A stretch of DNA of 64,000 bases from Lama glama (taxonomy: Eukaryota): the NCBI GenBank assembly GCA_028534125.1, contig CM052818.1:9488001-9552000 (forward strand), written 5' to 3'. The stretch's first letter is position 1, and each line of letters opens with the position of its first letter. The notes beneath the pieces are model-generated. The model was not told the DNA's origin, searched no databases, and worked only from the letters and a program-made list of their open reading frames with translations. Below, piece after piece: positions 62,310-64,000 of the stretch. The position numbers and the translations under genes are program-made.

Positions 62310-63335
62310 TATTTCCTAGTTTTCTGCTGAGGAGGCACAGAATCAATGACACTCCAGTAGCAGCAAGCACCTCAAGTACCCAGATCCATGTTTCTAAACA
62401 TCATTCTCCAATAAAACAAATCACAGCTCCTTGGAGAAATGGCTGATTGTAGGACTAGGGGTGGGAATATACAAGATGAGCCTGGAGCATCTTCTACAAC
62501 CAGAAAGAAAAGGAGTGCTCCAAAAACATAATGATGGCAGTATATCAAAGGGACATGGAACCAGCCAGAAAGCTTCCAGTGCTTAAAGCTGAAACAATTT
62601 GAGTGAAAAACAATAAACAGCAGCACTGAATTGTAATCCAAGTGTAAAATCCATGAGTCCTTTACTGATATAAATGAATGAAAGAATAAACAAATATGTG
62701 AAAAACAAACAAATCTCCCATACAGCATTCTAAATAATTTATTTACGTCTTCCCCTCAAGAAGGTGGAGCTTACTTCCACACTCCTTGAGTGTGAGCTTA
62801 GTGACTTGCTTTCTAAGAGTAGAGTATAGGAGTTGGAGAACTTGACAAACATTAACTCAGCTGGGTCATTAAGGATACAGTTGTCACCAATAAATCATGT
62901 TGACAGTATGTGTCCTTGATACAGTATGATGCAAAGGATACCTCATCTGTGTGGTCTTCCTCCCAAAATTTCATAACCTGAGTTTTACATCAGACAAACT
63001 CATTTTGAGGGAAATTCTACAGAAATACCTGACACTACTCCTGAAAACTGTCAAGGTCATCAAAAGAAAGTCTGAGAAAGTGTCAAGTTCCACAGCCAAA
63101 GAGAGCTTTAGACATGACATCTAAATGTAATGAATTCAAAATGAGGTCCTAGAACCATATAAAGAACATGAGAGCAAAACTATTGAGATCTCAAGTGTGG
63201 AGTTTAGTTAATAGTAATCTGCCAGTGTTGGTTCCTTAGTCACAACAAATGTAACATAGTAGTAATGTTAACAATAAGGAATATAGGGAGAAGGGTCTGT
63301 GTGAACTGTCTGTTCTACTTCTTCTAAAACAAAAG
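62310..63335 (+). mobile_element. Old L1MC/MD-type 3' region (approximate)
   Basis: 'ccttggagaaatggctgattgtaggactagg', 'ctcctgaaaactgtcaaggtcatcaaaa', 'gacatgacatctaaatgtaat'. Confidence 0.72.
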
Positions 63336-64000
63336 GTTTATGTGAGAAAAACACCTTTTGGTGATGGGTACACATGGATTGGCAGTGGTACTCTGCTCAT
63401 AGGTTTTTTTCCCTGCCAGTATAGTTAACCCCACAGGAATAGGATATTTGTAAGAGCTGACACATATGCTGGTTGGTATTCATGTCCTGACTCCTGACCA
63501 CAAAACAAATTAAAAACCTATGCTGAACCAATAAACAAAAGCAAAAAACAAAGCTTTTTAGGTAGCTGATAACACCCAGTATTTGTGATAGTGCTGAAGA
63601 GATAGCATTTTCATACATTGCAGTGACATTGTAAGTTAATACTACCCTTACGAAAGGCAGTTTAGCAGTATGTACCAAGATCCTTAATTTTTTTCCCCTT
63701 TTTTAACTCATTAATACCATTTCAGGGTTTCCAGTATAAGTGAGTCATCCACCAATACTGGTGTCCAGCAGCATTATTTATAACTGTGAAAAAATTAAAA
63801 CGGGGTGTTCAGTTAGGAAATAAATTGTTACAATGCATTGTTTTAAAATTATAATAGTGAAGACTGTAGTAATATGAAAAAGTGCTTTTAAAATCATGTG
63901 ACTTGAATTAAGGACCCAAATACTTGAACAAAATCAGTGTAGCTTGGAGTAAGAATTAGGGGTAACATGTATAGAAGAAAAGGTACAGAGAAATACTTTT

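Larger units (their letters stand above)
1..64000 (+). other. USP34: Internal part of the USP34 gene (ubiquitin carboxyl-terminal hydrolase 34), 40 coding exons, ~1400 codons; both gene ends lie outside the window
   Basis: Exons joined by GT-AG introns give one open frame with USP Cys/His boxes. Peptides are recognisable as USP34 (e.g. MVFVSLGAPRRERKGEGVQLPASCLPPPQKDNIPMLLLLQEPHL, HAPYKWDYWPHEDVRAECRFVGLTNLGATCY). Confidence 0.97.

Noticed and set aside
175..63678. Short ORFs in the supplied track as independent genes
   Set aside because: They are USP34 exons running into introns, antisense shadows of exons, broken L1 ORF2 pieces, or low-complexity AT-rich frames.
1..64000. Intronic snoRNA, processed pseudogene, NUMT or CRISPR-like array
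   Set aside because: I recognised none by eye. An Infernal/Rfam scan and a BLAST of the repeat-masked introns are needed to exclude them.

Overview
This is AT-rich, CpG-depleted mammalian genomic DNA lying entirely inside one + strand gene, the deubiquitinase USP34. I traced 40 consecutive coding exons by hand, numbered w1-w40 within this window; w1 is cut by the window edge. All 39 introns between them are GT-AG with matching phases, and the exons join into one stop-free frame of about 1400 codons. That frame includes the whole USP catalytic domain: Cys box GLTNLGATCYLAS, CxH...CxxC zinc site, His box GTADGGHYY and WYLFND. The Cys-His spacing is 261 residues, matching my recollection of human C1903/H2164. 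The introns carry L1, L2, MIR, ERVL-type LTR and Tigger/hAT fossils, plus five tRNA-derived SINEs resembling the camelid vic-1 family, so the genome is probably camelid. A 100-N gap lies at 44182-44281. I found no second gene and no wholly new system. The best leads are candidate unannotated splice switches in or next to the catalytic-domain introns: a 93-nt poison exon, a dual-donor 13/36-nt microexon and AG|GT recursive-type sites. Other leads are a sense L1 poly(A) insertion 36 bp behind an exon and a perfect 128-bp duplication with a templated junction. Repeat subfamily names come from memory of consensus sequences and need RepeatMasker/Dfam confirmation. The cryptic-exon calls rest on motifs only, and such motifs also arise by chance in AT-rich introns.
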